From contig JBMOQZ010000316.1 in the NCBI GenBank assembly GCA_049322475.1, positions 918 through 64,917 of the forward strand: a stretch of 64,000 nucleotides of DNA, in the 5' to 3' direction. Below, piece after piece: positions 54,008 through 63,887 of the stretch (position 1 is the stretch's first letter; every line of letters begins with the position of its first letter). The translations under genes and the position numbers were made by a program. The DNA is from Myxococcota bacterium (GTDB taxonomy: Bacteria > Myxococcota_A > UBA796 > SXON01). Under the pieces are notes generated by a model that saw nothing but the letters and a program-made list of their open reading frames with translations, was not told where the DNA came from and ran no database searches.

Positions 54008-55006
54008 TCACAGCCTGTCGAGGATGGCGTTGGTGAAGGTCTCGGTGTCGGCCTTGCCGCCGAGATCGCCGGTGAGGTGCTCGCCCTTCTCGAGCACGTC
54101 CCAGATGGCGCGCTCGATCTTCCCCGCCACCTTCCACTCGCCCACGTACTCGAGCAGCATGTTGGCGGAGAGCAGCACCGCGAGCGGGTTGGCGAGCCCC
54201 TTGCCGGCGATGTCCGGCGCGGTCCCGTGCACAGCCTCGAACACCGCCGCGCGGCTGCCGATGTTGGCGCCCGGCACCACGCCGAGGCCGCCGGCGAGCC
54301 CCGCGCACAGGTCGGAGAGGATGTCGCCGTAGAGGTTCTGCAGGAGCAACACGTCGAACCGCGACGGGTCCATCGGGAGCAGCAGCGACAGCGTGTCGAC
54401 GCCGACGTCGAGCGCCTCGATGAACGGGTACTCGCCGGCGACGCGGCGGAACGCGTCGAGGAAGGCGCCGTCGGCGAGCGGGTTGACCGGCGCCTTGTGG
54501 CAGCAGTGGATCCGGCGGCGGCCCCGGTACCGCATGTACTCGAAGGCCCACCGCGCGATGCGCTCGCCCGCCTTCACGGTCGACGTCTTCATCGACACGA
54601 CCGTGCCCGGCGTGACCTCGTGCTCGATGCCGGCGTACAGATCCTCGGTGTTCTCGCGGAACAGCACCAGATCGACGCCCGGCCACGCGCCGGGCACGTT
54701 GGGGAGCGTCTTCACGGGGCGCAGGCCCACGTAGAGGTCGAGCGCCTGCCGGAGCGCCACGTTCGCCGAGCGGAAGCCCTTCCCCTTCGGCGTCATCAGC
54801 GGGCCCTTCAGCCCGAGGCGGTTCTTGCGGATGCTCTCGAGCGTGACGTCCGGCATGGGGACGCCGAACTTCTCCATCGCGTCGCCGCCGGCGGGGGCCT
54901 CCTCCCAGTCGATCGGGGCCCCCGCGGCGGCGAGGATGCGGCAGGTGGCGGCGGTGACCTCGGGGCCGATGCCGTCGCCTTTGAGCAGGGTGACGCGGTA
55001 GCGCAT
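54008..55006 (-). CDS. NAD-dependent isocitrate dehydrogenase, IDH3-alpha-like catalytic subunit
   Basis: Motifs: LLKGDGIGPEV, GLKGPL, RENTEDLYAGIEH, NLYGDILSDLCAGLAGGLGV, FEAVHGTAPDIAGKGLANP, LTGDLGG. Confidence 0.9.
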   Translation of the reverse strand: MRYRVTLLKGDGIGPEVTAATCRILAAAGAPIDWEEAPAGGDAMEKFGVPMPDVTLESIRKNRLGLKGPLMTPKGKGFRSANVALRQALDLYVGLRPVKTLPNVPGAWPGVDLVLFRENTEDLYAGIEHEVTPGTVVSMKTSTVKAGERIARWAFEYMRYRGRRRIHCCHKAPVNPLADGAFLDAFRRVAGEYPFIEALDVGVDTLSLLLPMDPSRFDVLLLQNLYGDILSDLCAGLAGGLGVVPGANIGSRAAVFEAVHGTAPDIAGKGLANPLAVLLSANMLLEYVGEWKVAGKIERAIWDVLEKGEHLTGDLGGKADTETFTNAILDRL

Positions 55007-55020
55007 GGTCGGGCGGCTTA

Positions 55021-55071
55021 GCCCCCCGCCCGGCCTCCGGCCACCCTCCCCCCGCGTCGCGGGGAGAGGGG
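55021..55071. repeat. REP-G family copy
   Basis: GCCCCCCGCCCGGCCTCCGGCCACCCTCCCCCCGCGTCGCGGGGAGAGGGG. It lies between the htpX stop and the IDH-alpha start. Confidence 0.55.
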
Positions 55072-55081
55072 AATTCCAGCC

Positions 55082-55963
55082 TTAGATGGGCGCGAACCCC
55101 CCGACCCGCCCGTGCCCGAAGTCCATCGCCTGGAGGCGGCGGACTCGCTCCTCGGTGCGCGGGTGGGTGCGGAACAGGTCGAGCAGGCCGTGCGCGCCGC
55201 CGAAGGGGTTCACGATGAACAGGTGCGCGGTGCTGGGCTCGACGTGCGCGGGGATGCGGTGCGCGGCCACCTCGAGGCGCTGGAGCGCGCTGGCGAGCGA
55301 CCGGCCGCTGCCGACCAGCTTCGCGCCGTACGCGTCGGCGGCGTACTCGCGGGAGCGGCTGATCGCGAGCTGGATCAGCATCGCCGCGAACGGCGCGACG
55401 AGGATGGCGAAGATGCCGCCGAGGGGGCTCCCGCCCTCCTCCTCGTCGCTGCGCCCGCCGCCGAAGATCAGCGCCCACTGGGCCCACTGCGCGAGCATGC
55501 TCACCGCGCCCGCCATGGTGGCGGCGATCGTGGAGATGAGCGTGTCGCGGTTGACCACGTGCCCGATCTCGTGCGCGAGCACGCCGCGGAGCTCCTCGGG
55601 CGAGAGGATCTCGAGGATGCCGGAGGTGACCGCGACCGCCGCGTGCGACGGGTTGCGGCCCGTGGCGAACGCGTTCGGCGCGGCCTGCGGGAGCAGGTAC
55701 ACCTTCGGCATCGGGATGCCCGCGCGCCGCGACAGGTCCGCGACCATCGCCCAGATCTCGGGCGCCTCGTACTGCGAGATCTCCCGGGCGCCGTACATGC
55801 GCAGGAGCAGCTTGTCGCTGAACCAGTACGCCCCGAAGTTCATGACGCCGGCGAAGAGGAAGGCCAAGATCATGCCCTGATCGCCGCCCAGGGCACGGCC
55901 GACCACGACGAACACACCGGTGAGGAGGGCCATCAGCACGGTGGTCTTGAAGTAGTTCCACAT
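55082..55963 (-). CDS. htpX: Zinc metalloprotease HtpX (M48)
   Basis: ATG 55963 gives 293 aa. It has the HEIGH motif ([12 protein letters not shown]), TM helices and SREYAADA. Confidence 0.95.
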   Translation of the reverse strand: MWNYFKTTVLMALLTGVFVVVGRALGGDQGMILAFLFAGVMNFGAYWFSDKLLLRMYGAREISQYEAPEIWAMVADLSRRAGIPMPKVYLLPQAAPNAFATGRNPSHAAVAVTSGILEILSPEELRGVLAHEIGHVVNRDTLISTIAATMAGAVSMLAQWAQWALIFGGGRSDEEEGGSPLGGIFAILVAPFAAMLIQLAISRSREYAADAYGAKLVGSGRSLASALQRLEVAAHRIPAHVEPSTAHLFIVNPFGGAHGLLDLFRTHPRTEERVRRLQAMDFGHGRVGGFAPI

Positions 55964-56016
55964 GCGCCGAAGCCTAGACACCCCAAGCTCTGCCGCAAGA
56001 GGCGCGTGACGAACCG

Positions 56017-57105
56017 TTACGCGAGGCCGCGCCCGGCCTCCTCCGCCTCCGCCACGAGCCGCTCGTCGCCGCGCGCGCGTCCGATCGCCCGGAGCGCACG
56101 GGCTCGCCACGGGCCGTCCACGGCGAGCTCCTGCCGCGCGAGCTCGAGGTCGGCCGGGCCGCCGAGCTCCGCGCGCAGCACGCGGGCGCGCCCCCGGGCG
56201 AGCGGCGTCTCCGCGCAGAGGTCGAGGGTGTGCAGCAGCTCGTCGGCGTCGCGGGCGATCACCGCCCGGCACGCGCGCAGGTCCGCCTCGAGCAGCGGCA
56301 TCCCGCGCTCGCGGGCGAACGCGATCGCGCGGTCGACGGAGGGCGCGGCGACGGCGTCGCCGGCGAGGGCGCGCGCGCGCAGCCCCCACGCCTCGGCGCG
56401 GAAGAGCCCCGCGCGACGGCCGGCGCGGGTCCAGCTCGCGGCGGCGCGGGCGAAGCGCTCCTCGGCGCGGGCGAGCACCGGCGCGCCGAAGGCGGCGCGC
56501 AACAGATCCAGCTCGCCGAGCTCCTGCCAGCAGGCGCCCTCGGGCCCCGACAACGTGGGGTGCGGCGCGAGCTGCTCGGCGAGCTTCGTCCACGCGGCCT
56601 CGGCGGAGGCGCCCAGCCCGTCGAGGCGGTCGATCTGCGCCCGGCGGAAGGTGGCCGACATCTCGCCGCCGGGGAGCCCGATCGCCGCGAGCGCGTCGAC
56701 GCGCGCGCGGGCCTCCTCGAGGTCGCCGCGGGTGAGCGCGAGGCCCGCGAGCGTGTCGCCGGCGAGCGTGCGCCCCACGTCGTCCTTCGCGCCGTCGTAC
56801 GCGGTCCGGGCGATGTCCCACGCGGCCTCGACCTGCCCGGCGTCCTGCAACACCGCGGCGAGCTGCACCGCGTCCGACACCTCCGCGCGCCCGTTGGCCG
56901 CGGCCAGCCGGAGCATCTTCGCGCTCGCGGCGGGCCGGTCGTCGCGCCGGAAGGCGTCCGCGGCGAGCGCGGCGAGCTCGCGCGCGACCCGCTTGTCCTG
57001 GACGCGCGCGGCTTTTTCGGCGAGCGCCTGCCAGGCCTCGGCCGCCTCCGCCCACCGCCCCGCCTTCGCCAGCTCCGCCGCCTCGCGCTCGCCTCGCTTC
57101 GACAT
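56017..57105 (-). CDS. Hypothetical alpha-helical (TPR-like) protein
   Basis: 362 aa with an ATG start and an Ala/Arg/Glu-rich helical repeat character. It has consistent GC3 coding bias, and no competing ORF is plausible. Confidence 0.6.
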   Translation of the reverse strand: MSKRGEREAAELAKAGRWAEAAEAWQALAEKAARVQDKRVARELAALAADAFRRDDRPAASAKMLRLAAANGRAEVSDAVQLAAVLQDAGQVEAAWDIARTAYDGAKDDVGRTLAGDTLAGLALTRGDLEEARARVDALAAIGLPGGEMSATFRRAQIDRLDGLGASAEAAWTKLAEQLAPHPTLSGPEGACWQELGELDLLRAAFGAPVLARAEERFARAAASWTRAGRRAGLFRAEAWGLRARALAGDAVAAPSVDRAIAFARERGMPLLEADLRACRAVIARDADELLHTLDLCAETPLARGRARVLRAELGGPADLELARQELAVDGPWRARALRAIGRARGDERLVAEAEEAGRGLA

Positions 57106-57151
57106 GCCCCTTCCGACGTGGGGCGCGGTCTATCCCGTTAGGCTGCGCGGC

Positions 57152-57685
57152 ATGCTCGTCGCCGCCGTCGTGGAGGAGCTCTGCGGGCGCGAGGGCGTCG
57201 CGCTCGGCGTCGGCGCGCTCGCCGCGGGGATCGCCGCCGCGGAGCTGCTCGCCCGCCGCCCGACGCCGCTCGTGCTCGTCGGCACGGCCGGGGCGTACCC
57301 GGGCGGGCCGCCCGTCGGGACCGTCGTGACCGCCCGTCGGGTGGGGCTCGCCAGCGCCGGCGCGCTCGCCGGGCTGGGGTACGTGCCGCTCGCGCCCGGG
57401 CCCCTCGATCTTCCGCCCGTGCCCGGCCTCCTCGCCTGCGACGTCGCGTGCCTGACCGCGATCACCACCGACCCCACGCTCGCCGGCAAGCTCGGCGCGG
57501 ACTGGCAGATCGAGCACATGGAGGCCTTCGGCGTGGCCTTGGCGTGCGCGCGCGCCGGCGTGCCCCTCCGCGTGGTGCTCGGCGTCACGAACGCCGTGGG
57601 GCCCGACGCCCACGCGCAGTGGCGCGCGAACCGGGCGCGCATGCAGGAGGCGGCGGTGCTCGCGGCGGAGCGGACCCCGGGATAG
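57152..57685 (+). CDS. Futalosine hydrolase (MqnB)-like nucleosidase, PNP_UDP_1 family
   Basis: ATG 57152 lies in the frame of track ORF 55112..57685. The pattern [10 protein letters not shown] ... [29 protein letters not shown]...W matches the MqnB/MTA nucleosidase fold. Confidence 0.6.
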   Translation: MLVAAVVEELCGREGVALGVGALAAGIAAAELLARRPTPLVLVGTAGAYPGGPPVGTVVTARRVGLASAGALAGLGYVPLAPGPLDLPPVPGLLACDVACLTAITTDPTLAGKLGADWQIEHMEAFGVALACARAGVPLRVVLGVTNAVGPDAHAQWRANRARMQEAAVLAAERTPG

Positions 57686-57697
57686 AGGCCGCGACCC

Positions 57698-58228
57698 ATG
57701 ACCACCAAGCCCGCCATCCCCCGCGACCACGTCCACGCGCTCTCCGAGGAGTGCGCCAAGCTCGGCATGGGCTTCCAGACGTCCGCCAAGCGCATGCTCG
57801 AGGACCAGTCGCGCCTCCTCCGCTTCTTCAAGGCCAACCTCCCGGACATGGAGGGCCAGACGGGCGAGGTCTCGCTGTATCTGCTCGCCGTGATCGTGCG
57901 GATCTTCCAGCAGACGGGCAAGCTCGGCCGCGTGGGCGCCGACGACGTGGTGAAGGCCACGAAGCGCATCGAGGGCGTCGCCGCGAAGCTGTTGCCCGCC
58001 GACGACGCCTTCCCCGACCGCGTCCGCGCGGTGGAGTGGCGCGCGCAGCCGCACATCCTCGACGAGGCGATGCACGCGCTGTTCGAACGCGAAGAGCGCC
58101 AGGCCAACGAGGTCGACCTCGGGCGCGACCAGGCCGTGCGCGTGTTCCTCATGTTGTGGGCCGCCACCGAGGCGCTCGAGGGTGTCTGGACGCCCCCCGC
58201 GGAGCCGGAATGGGCCTCCGCGACCTGA
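57698..58228 (+). CDS. Hypothetical protein
   Basis: 176 aa with an ATG start 12 nt after the previous stop. The composition is protein-like. No family was recognised. Confidence 0.6.
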   Translation: MTTKPAIPRDHVHALSEECAKLGMGFQTSAKRMLEDQSRLLRFFKANLPDMEGQTGEVSLYLLAVIVRIFQQTGKLGRVGADDVVKATKRIEGVAAKLLPADDAFPDRVRAVEWRAQPHILDEAMHALFEREERQANEVDLGRDQAVRVFLMLWAATEALEGVWTPPAEPEWASAT

Positions 58229-58680
58229 TCAAGGGCAAGGTGAAGGCGGCGCTCGGGCGCCCCGCGCCCGCGTCGACCGGGCGCGCCGCCGACGCGTTGC
58301 CCGCGCCCGACGCCGGCTGGACCGCCGTCGCGAAGGTGGCGCAGGTCGGCGAGGGCAAGGCGGGCACGTTCCCGCACGCGGGCGCCGTGGTCGCGGTCTT
58401 CCGCAAGGACGGCCGGCTCTACGCGATCGACAACGCCTGCGCCCACGAGGACGGCCCCGTCGGCGAGGGCGCGATCGACGGCTGCCGCGTGCGTTGCCCG
58501 TACCACGACTGGGAGTACGACTTCACCACCGGCGCCTGCCTCACCGACCCGACGCGCAAGCTCGGGACGTGGTCGGTGCGCGAGCGCGACGGCTTCGTCT
58601 GGATCGGACCCCGGCTGACCGAGGGCACGGGCGAGCGCGGCGGCGACCACAACGACGGCCTGGAGACCATCACCCGATGA
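58210..58680 (+). CDS. Rieske [2Fe-2S] domain protein (NirD-like small ferredoxin subunit)
   Basis: ATG 58210 lies in the frame of track ORF 57448..58680. The ligand motifs are CAHEDG (CxH) and CPYHDW (CxxH). Confidence 0.8.
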   Translation: MGLRDLIKGKVKAALGRPAPASTGRAADALPAPDAGWTAVAKVAQVGEGKAGTFPHAGAVVAVFRKDGRLYAIDNACAHEDGPVGEGAIDGCRVRCPYHDWEYDFTTGACLTDPTRKLGTWSVRERDGFVWIGPRLTEGTGERGGDHNDGLETITR

Positions 58681-59024
58681 GCGCGACGATTGCTGGGGCC
58701 CTCCAGAAGGGCGTGACCCTCCGCGACCTCCTCCCCCGCCTCGCGGCGCTGCACGAGGCCGGCAAGCCGCTGCAGGTGCAGGTGGAGTCGCGGTCGGTGC
58801 CCTACCTCGACCACACCGTCGTGGGCTGGACGGACGGGCCGCCCACCTCCAGCGTCGCGTTCGTGCTCTCCGGCGAGGCCCCGGACCACGCGCACTGGCG
58901 CCGCTTCACGATCAGCAAGGCGGGCCCCTGGCGCTGGGAGCTCGAGTGTTTCCCGACGCCCTTCCCCAACGGCGAGGACCCCCTCTCGCCGGGCATCCCG
59001 CCGAGCGCGGCGAGGCGCCGCTGA
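58677..59024 (+). CDS. Hypothetical protein
   Basis: ATG 58677 overlaps the Rieske stop (ATGA). It gives 115 aa in the frame of track ORF 58182..59024. Confidence 0.5.
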   Translation: MSATIAGALQKGVTLRDLLPRLAALHEAGKPLQVQVESRSVPYLDHTVVGWTDGPPTSSVAFVLSGEAPDHAHWRRFTISKAGPWRWELECFPTPFPNGEDPLSPGIPPSAARRR

Positions 59025-59025
59025 C

Positions 59026-60579
59026 CTACCAGCCGCCGCCGAGGAACAGGTAGGCGGCGCCGCCGAGCGACACGCCGGTCTCCCGCAGGGGCGCGCCCAC
59101 GATCACGTCGAGCCGCCCGTCGGCGTCGACGTCGCCCACGTCGAAGGCCCACCCGAAGCCCTCCAGCGCGCCCTCGGGCGAGAGGCGGTCGGCGACGTCG
59201 CCGGCGTAGACGGTGCCGTCCAGCGGGCCGTAGGCGATCCACACGCCGCCCCGCTCCTCGCCCTCCTGCAGGGAGGGCTCGCCGGCGAGCACGTCGATCT
59301 CGCCGTCGCCGTCGAAGTCGAGCGCGCGCGCGGGCGCGATCACGTTGAGCGGCGCGTGGTTCACGAGGCGGGCCTCGGCCTGCGACGGCAGCCGCGTCCC
59401 GGTGCCGGCGCCGGTGTACAGGCGCACGGACGCCCCGAGGGTGCCGTCGACGTAGTCGAGGCCGGAGACCAGCACGTCGGCGAGCCCGTCGTCGTCGACG
59501 TCGCCGGCGCTCCCCACGGCGGCGCCGGTGCCGTCGATGGAGCCGTCGTCGAAGGTGTTGCCGGCGAAGACCACGTCGGCCTCGTCGAGCGTCTGCAGCC
59601 CCGCCGCGCCGCCGCGGAAGAGCCACGCGGTCGAGTGGTTCCAGGAGCCGACCACGAGGTCGTCGAGGCCGTCGCCGTCGGTGTCGCCGGCTGAGGCGGG
59701 CAGGAGCGTCGCGTTGCCGCCGAAGCCCTCGCTCACGACCACGCCGGAGAGGATGTCGCTCTCGTCGAAGGTGCCCTCCCAGGAGGCGGGGAGGACGGCG
59801 ACGCCGCCGAACTCGCCGAAGCCGTCGTCGGCGATCGCGAGCTCGACGACGCCGTCGCCGTCGAGGTCGCCGAGGGTCCGTACCCGCTCGGCGAGGGCCA
59901 GCGGGGGCTGGGCCCAGTCCTCGTACACGAGGCGCGCGTCGTCGAGCGAGTCGACGCCCGACAGCGGGGCGGGGAGCACGCTGACGAGGCCCGCGCCGTC
60001 GCCCACCACGAGCTCGGTGCCGCCGTCCGCGTCGAGCGTCGCGAGCGCGAGGCCGGGGTGGCGGCCCTCGCCGGCCTCGAGGCCGCCGGAGGGGGACAGC
60101 GGCGTGGTCTCGCTCGGGACCCCCGACTCGACGTAGACGCGGCCGGCCCCGTCGCGCCCGCTCGGGTACTCGGGCGCGCCGAGCGCGTACGCGGGGCTCC
60201 CGGCGCCGTCGGCGTCCGGCACGAACGCCACGGCGAAGCCGACGTACCCGGCCTCGCGCGAGCCGCGCCAGGCGGGGTCGCCGACGACGTCGTAGTCGAG
60301 GCCGTCGCAGGCGGGCGCGGCGGGGTCGCAGTCGGCGTCGACCGTGTCGCCGCAGGTGTCCGTGGCGCTCGGGTTCACGTCGGCGCGCGCGTCGTCGCAG
60401 TCGCCGCCCACCGAGACGTAGCCCTCGCCGGCCTCGCAGGCGGCGTTGAGCTCGTCGCCGAAGCCGTCGCCGTCGTCGTCGGGGAAGAACGAGGGGGTTT
60501 CGCACGCAGGCGCGGTGGTGTCGTCGCCGTCGCCGGCCGGGTCGCCGAGGTCGCACGCGAGGAGGGGGAGGAGGAGCAT
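59026..60579 (-). CDS. FG-GAP repeat lipoprotein with an N-terminal MopE-type module
   Basis: Lipobox MLLLPLLAC, then DDDGDGFG...GGDCDD, then repeats of GD(L/T/V)DGDG(L/V).D(L/V). Confidence 0.8.
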   Translation of the reverse strand: MLLLPLLACDLGDPAGDGDDTTAPACETPSFFPDDDGDGFGDELNAACEAGEGYVSVGGDCDDARADVNPSATDTCGDTVDADCDPAAPACDGLDYDVVGDPAWRGSREAGYVGFAVAFVPDADGAGSPAYALGAPEYPSGRDGAGRVYVESGVPSETTPLSPSGGLEAGEGRHPGLALATLDADGGTELVVGDGAGLVSVLPAPLSGVDSLDDARLVYEDWAQPPLALAERVRTLGDLDGDGVVELAIADDGFGEFGGVAVLPASWEGTFDESDILSGVVVSEGFGGNATLLPASAGDTDGDGLDDLVVGSWNHSTAWLFRGGAAGLQTLDEADVVFAGNTFDDGSIDGTGAAVGSAGDVDDDGLADVLVSGLDYVDGTLGASVRLYTGAGTGTRLPSQAEARLVNHAPLNVIAPARALDFDGDGEIDVLAGEPSLQEGEERGGVWIAYGPLDGTVYAGDVADRLSPEGALEGFGWAFDVGDVDADGRLDVIVGAPLRETGVSLGGAAYLFLGGGW

Positions 60580-60616
60580 GGCGACGTTTTAGCAGAGCGG
60601 AGGGAGGAAGGGCCTC

Positions 60617-62455
60617 CTACGGCCCGCCGATCCACACCGCGCCGCCCACCGCCCACGCCGGGTCGTCGCTCCAGGGGCGCGCGCGCGCGCCGGTGGCGAC
60701 GGGGACCACCCACGCGACGTCGGCCGGGACGGCGAAGGTCTCGGTGCCGGGGCCGGTGACGTCGCGGCGCTCCTCGCCGGCAGGTGTCCAGAGCGAGAGC
60801 GCGTCGATGCCGGCCCAGGCGGGGGCGTCGAGCGTGACGTCGACGAGCACGACGCCGTCAATCACGCCGCGGCGCAGGGACACGTCGAGGCGCGGGCCCG
60901 TGCCGGCGGTGACGCGGCCCTCGACGAGGCCCCGCTCGACGCCGGCGTCGTTGACGGCGCCGTCGACCTCCACCCAGGCGCGCGCGGAGATGGGCGTCAC
61001 GGGCACCCACAGGTCGAGGAGCCCGAGGAACACGGGCAGATCGTCGAGCGAGGCGAGCCAGAGCACGTCCGGGCGCGGGCTCCAGTCGCGCGGGTCGGCC
61101 TCTGCGCGCGCGGCCTCGACCCACGCGGGGGTGACGGCCATGCGGCGCCCCGTCCCGGTGCCCCCCTGGGAGAGCGCGAGCTGGTCGAGCGCGCCGAAGC
61201 CGTGCCAGGGCACCGCGCCGTGCGCGGGGCGCTTGCCGTTGGGCGACCAGGGCCACGAGAAGAGCCACCCGGCCGCGCGCGAGGCGGCCCGCACCAGCAC
61301 GGGGTCGTGGCTGTCGCGATCGTCCTCCGGGATCTCGTCGTCGGCGACGACCACCGCGTAGCCGACGCCCTCGCCGGCGAGCGACGCCGCGACGTCCGCG
61401 GACGTGCGCCGCTGGTCCGCGTCGGGCGCGACCTCCTCGCCGAACGCCGCCCAGACGACGCCGTCGGTCGACATCTCGCGCGGCAGCGTGAACGCGGCCC
61501 GCGTCTCGTCGCCCGCGAACGGCAGCGCCGCGGCGCCGTAGGCGGGCCCCGCCCACAGCCAGAGATCGCGCGGCGTGGTGCCCACCGGAACGGTCCCGCC
61601 GCCCTTCGGGACGTCGAAGGCGGCGACCCCGTCCGTGAGCGAGGCGCGCAGGTCGTCGCCGAGGTCGTCGGCGACGCGCACGTAGACGGTTCCGCACGCG
61701 AGGCGGGAGAGGCCGTCGTAGTCGCAGCCGTCGCGCTCGCCGACGAGCGAAGCGCCCGCCGGGAGCCACGCCTCGAACTTGCCCTCGTCGACCGGCACCC
61801 GGGCGATCGCCGCGGCGCCGACGGCGGCGATCACCGTGTCGGCGTCGGCCTCGCCGCGCAGGAGCGCGCCGTCGGGCCACAGGGCCTCGCCCGTGAGCGC
61901 CACGCGCGTGACGCCGTCGAGCGTCACGGCCCCCTCCCCCGCCACCACCACGCCGTCGAGGCCGAGGAAGGCGTCGTCGCCTCGCAGCGTCGCGCCCGTG
62001 CGCTCCACGCCGGGCACGCCGACCAGCCGCCCGGTCGCGGCGGAGACCTCGAGCGCCGCGACGTCGGCGTCGAGGTGGTAGGTCACGCCCGTCAGCCGCA
62101 GCTCGGCCCAGCCGTCGCCGGCGACGGCCTCGACGTCGCCGCGGTCGCCGTCGGGCCGGTACTCGACGAGCAGATCGGTCCCGTCGGGCTCGGCGGCGTC
62201 GATCAGGGTGCCGCCGGGCTCGTCGAGCTCGGTCAGCGACGCGTAGGTGCCGCGCACGACGAAACGCGCCACGGCGTTCTCGATCAGCCAGTCGCCGACG
62301 CGCCCCTCACCCCCGCCGACGAGCTCGTCCGAACAGCCGACCTGGCGCGCGCGCACCTCGCCCACCGCCATGGCGCGGGGGTCGCACGTCGGCTCGGAGC
62401 CGTCCGGGAGCGGGGATTCGCCACAGGCGAGGAGGAGGAGGAGGCTACCCGCCAT
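60617..62455 (-). CDS. Hypothetical large lipoprotein
   Basis: 612 aa with lipobox MAGSLLLLLAC. It overlaps the upstream gene by 11 nt. No family was recognised. Confidence 0.7.
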   Translation of the reverse strand: MAGSLLLLLACGESPLPDGSEPTCDPRAMAVGEVRARQVGCSDELVGGGEGRVGDWLIENAVARFVVRGTYASLTELDEPGGTLIDAAEPDGTDLLVEYRPDGDRGDVEAVAGDGWAELRLTGVTYHLDADVAALEVSAATGRLVGVPGVERTGATLRGDDAFLGLDGVVVAGEGAVTLDGVTRVALTGEALWPDGALLRGEADADTVIAAVGAAAIARVPVDEGKFEAWLPAGASLVGERDGCDYDGLSRLACGTVYVRVADDLGDDLRASLTDGVAAFDVPKGGGTVPVGTTPRDLWLWAGPAYGAAALPFAGDETRAAFTLPREMSTDGVVWAAFGEEVAPDADQRRTSADVAASLAGEGVGYAVVVADDEIPEDDRDSHDPVLVRAASRAAGWLFSWPWSPNGKRPAHGAVPWHGFGALDQLALSQGGTGTGRRMAVTPAWVEAARAEADPRDWSPRPDVLWLASLDDLPVFLGLLDLWVPVTPISARAWVEVDGAVNDAGVERGLVEGRVTAGTGPRLDVSLRRGVIDGVVLVDVTLDAPAWAGIDALSLWTPAGEERRDVTGPGTETFAVPADVAWVVPVATGARARPWSDDPAWAVGGAVWIGGP

Positions 62456-63227
62456 CCGCCGCCGTCTTGGCGTCCCCGCCGCCGAAGCGGATGGCGGCCG
62501 GCGCGAGCTTCACCGCCTTGCCCTCCGCCCAACCCTCGGGGACCTCGCCGGTGCTGTAGCTCCACTTGCGCTTCTCGCCCGGCGCGAGCGGCTTGAGCTG
62601 CTCCTCCGCCGTCGGCATGCCACCCTTGTTGGCGCCGACCGCGGGCTGCGTGGCCGCGCCCAGCTTGGCGCCGGACGCGTCGAGCATCTGAAGCTCCATG
62701 TTCAGGTACTCGATCGTCTTGTCGCCGTTGTTGGCGATCTCGGCGGAGAAGCCCCAGCCGTCCTTCGGGCCCTTCGGGTCCTCGGCGAGGTTGACCTGCT
62801 CGACGGCCACCGTGCCGATGGCGAGCTTGTCGCCGTACTCGGCCACCGCCACGCGCTCGCGGGCCTTCTTCTTGAGGGCGCCGTCGGCGAAGTCGTTCTC
62901 GTCGAGGAACCTCTTCCAGCCGTCGGCCGTGTTCTCGGCCTCGGCGGCGGCGAAGGCGGCGGCGGCCCGCCCCTCCTTCATCTTCTTGGCGTTCTTCGAC
63001 TTGGGATACTTCTTCAGGACGGCGTCGTAGTCCTCGATCTTCTTGGACCCCTCCGCCCGCGCGACCAGCAGCTCCTCGAGACGCTGCTCGGCGGACAGCC
63101 GCTGGGAGGCGGACGGGTTGCCGTTCTGGAGGAAGGACTCCCAGGCTTCGATGGTGTCGGCCGTCTTCGCGTCGCCGTACGGGTCGGCGCAGCCCGCGAG
63201 GAACAGGGCGAGGAGGAGCGTGTGCAT
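62445..63227 (-). CDS. Hypothetical Lys-rich lipoprotein
   Basis: 260 aa with lipobox MHTLLLALFLAGC and clean protein-like composition. Confidence 0.75.
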   Translation of the reverse strand: MHTLLLALFLAGCADPYGDAKTADTIEAWESFLQNGNPSASQRLSAEQRLEELLVARAEGSKKIEDYDAVLKKYPKSKNAKKMKEGRAAAAFAAAEAENTADGWKRFLDENDFADGALKKKARERVAVAEYGDKLAIGTVAVEQVNLAEDPKGPKDGWGFSAEIANNGDKTIEYLNMELQMLDASGAKLGAATQPAVGANKGGMPTAEEQLKPLAPGEKRKWSYSTGEVPEGWAEGKAVKLAPAAIRFGGGDAKTAADGG

Positions 63228-63266
63228 CGGTTTGAAACTCCGGGGCCTGATCCTACCACAAAGCGG

Positions 63267-63887
63267 TCATCCGCCCTCGGCCTGCTTTCGGACCCACTGC
63301 GTCGCGTTCCTGAGGCCCTTCTCCGACACCATGTCGGCGACGAACCCGGGCACGTAGCCCTTGAACAGGATCCCCACGGAGTACTCGACGCGTGTCACCG
63401 GCGGCGTGGTGGAGACCGGCGTGACGCGCCAGTACCCCACGGAGTCGTCGAAGTCGGACAGGCGCGTGTAGTCGAGTGTCCAGGTCATGTACCCCTGGGC
63501 CGGGCGGTACACGTGGTGGATGAAGTACTCGACGTTCATCCCGAAGGGGTCGAGCACGAAGCGCGTGCGGATGTGGGTCCCGTCGTTGGCGTAGTTCTCG
63601 CAGACGGCGACGTTGTCGACCCACTTGGGGTACATCGCGAAGTTGGTGATGGTCCGCCACACCGTGTCGGCGCTGGCGCGGACGTGGAAGACGGCGACGC
63701 CGCGCCCCCCGTTGCCCGACTGCTGCTGCTTGAGCACGACCTCGCCGGCCTCGAGCTTCGCGAGCTCGTCCGCGGCGAGCGTCACCGGCGGGGGGGCGCC
63801 GGCGTAGGCGGCGAGCTTCCCGGTGTGGTCGTGGGGCTTCGCGGCGTCCGCGGCCGCGACGGCGCCGATGAGGAGCGCGGCGAGCAT
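63267..63887 (-). CDS. SRPBCC (START/polyketide-cyclase-like) superfamily protein, secreted
   Basis: ATG 63887 (MLAALLIGAVAAADA signal) lies within track ORF 63267..63944. The region VWRTITNFAMYPKWV...WTLDY is typical of SRPBCC ligand-binding domains. Confidence 0.7.
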   Translation of the reverse strand: MLAALLIGAVAAADAAKPHDHTGKLAAYAGAPPPVTLAADELAKLEAGEVVLKQQQSGNGGRGVAVFHVRASADTVWRTITNFAMYPKWVDNVAVCENYANDGTHIRTRFVLDPFGMNVEYFIHHVYRPAQGYMTWTLDYTRLSDFDDSVGYWRVTPVSTTPPVTRVEYSVGILFKGYVPGFVADMVSEKGLRNATQWVRKQAEGG

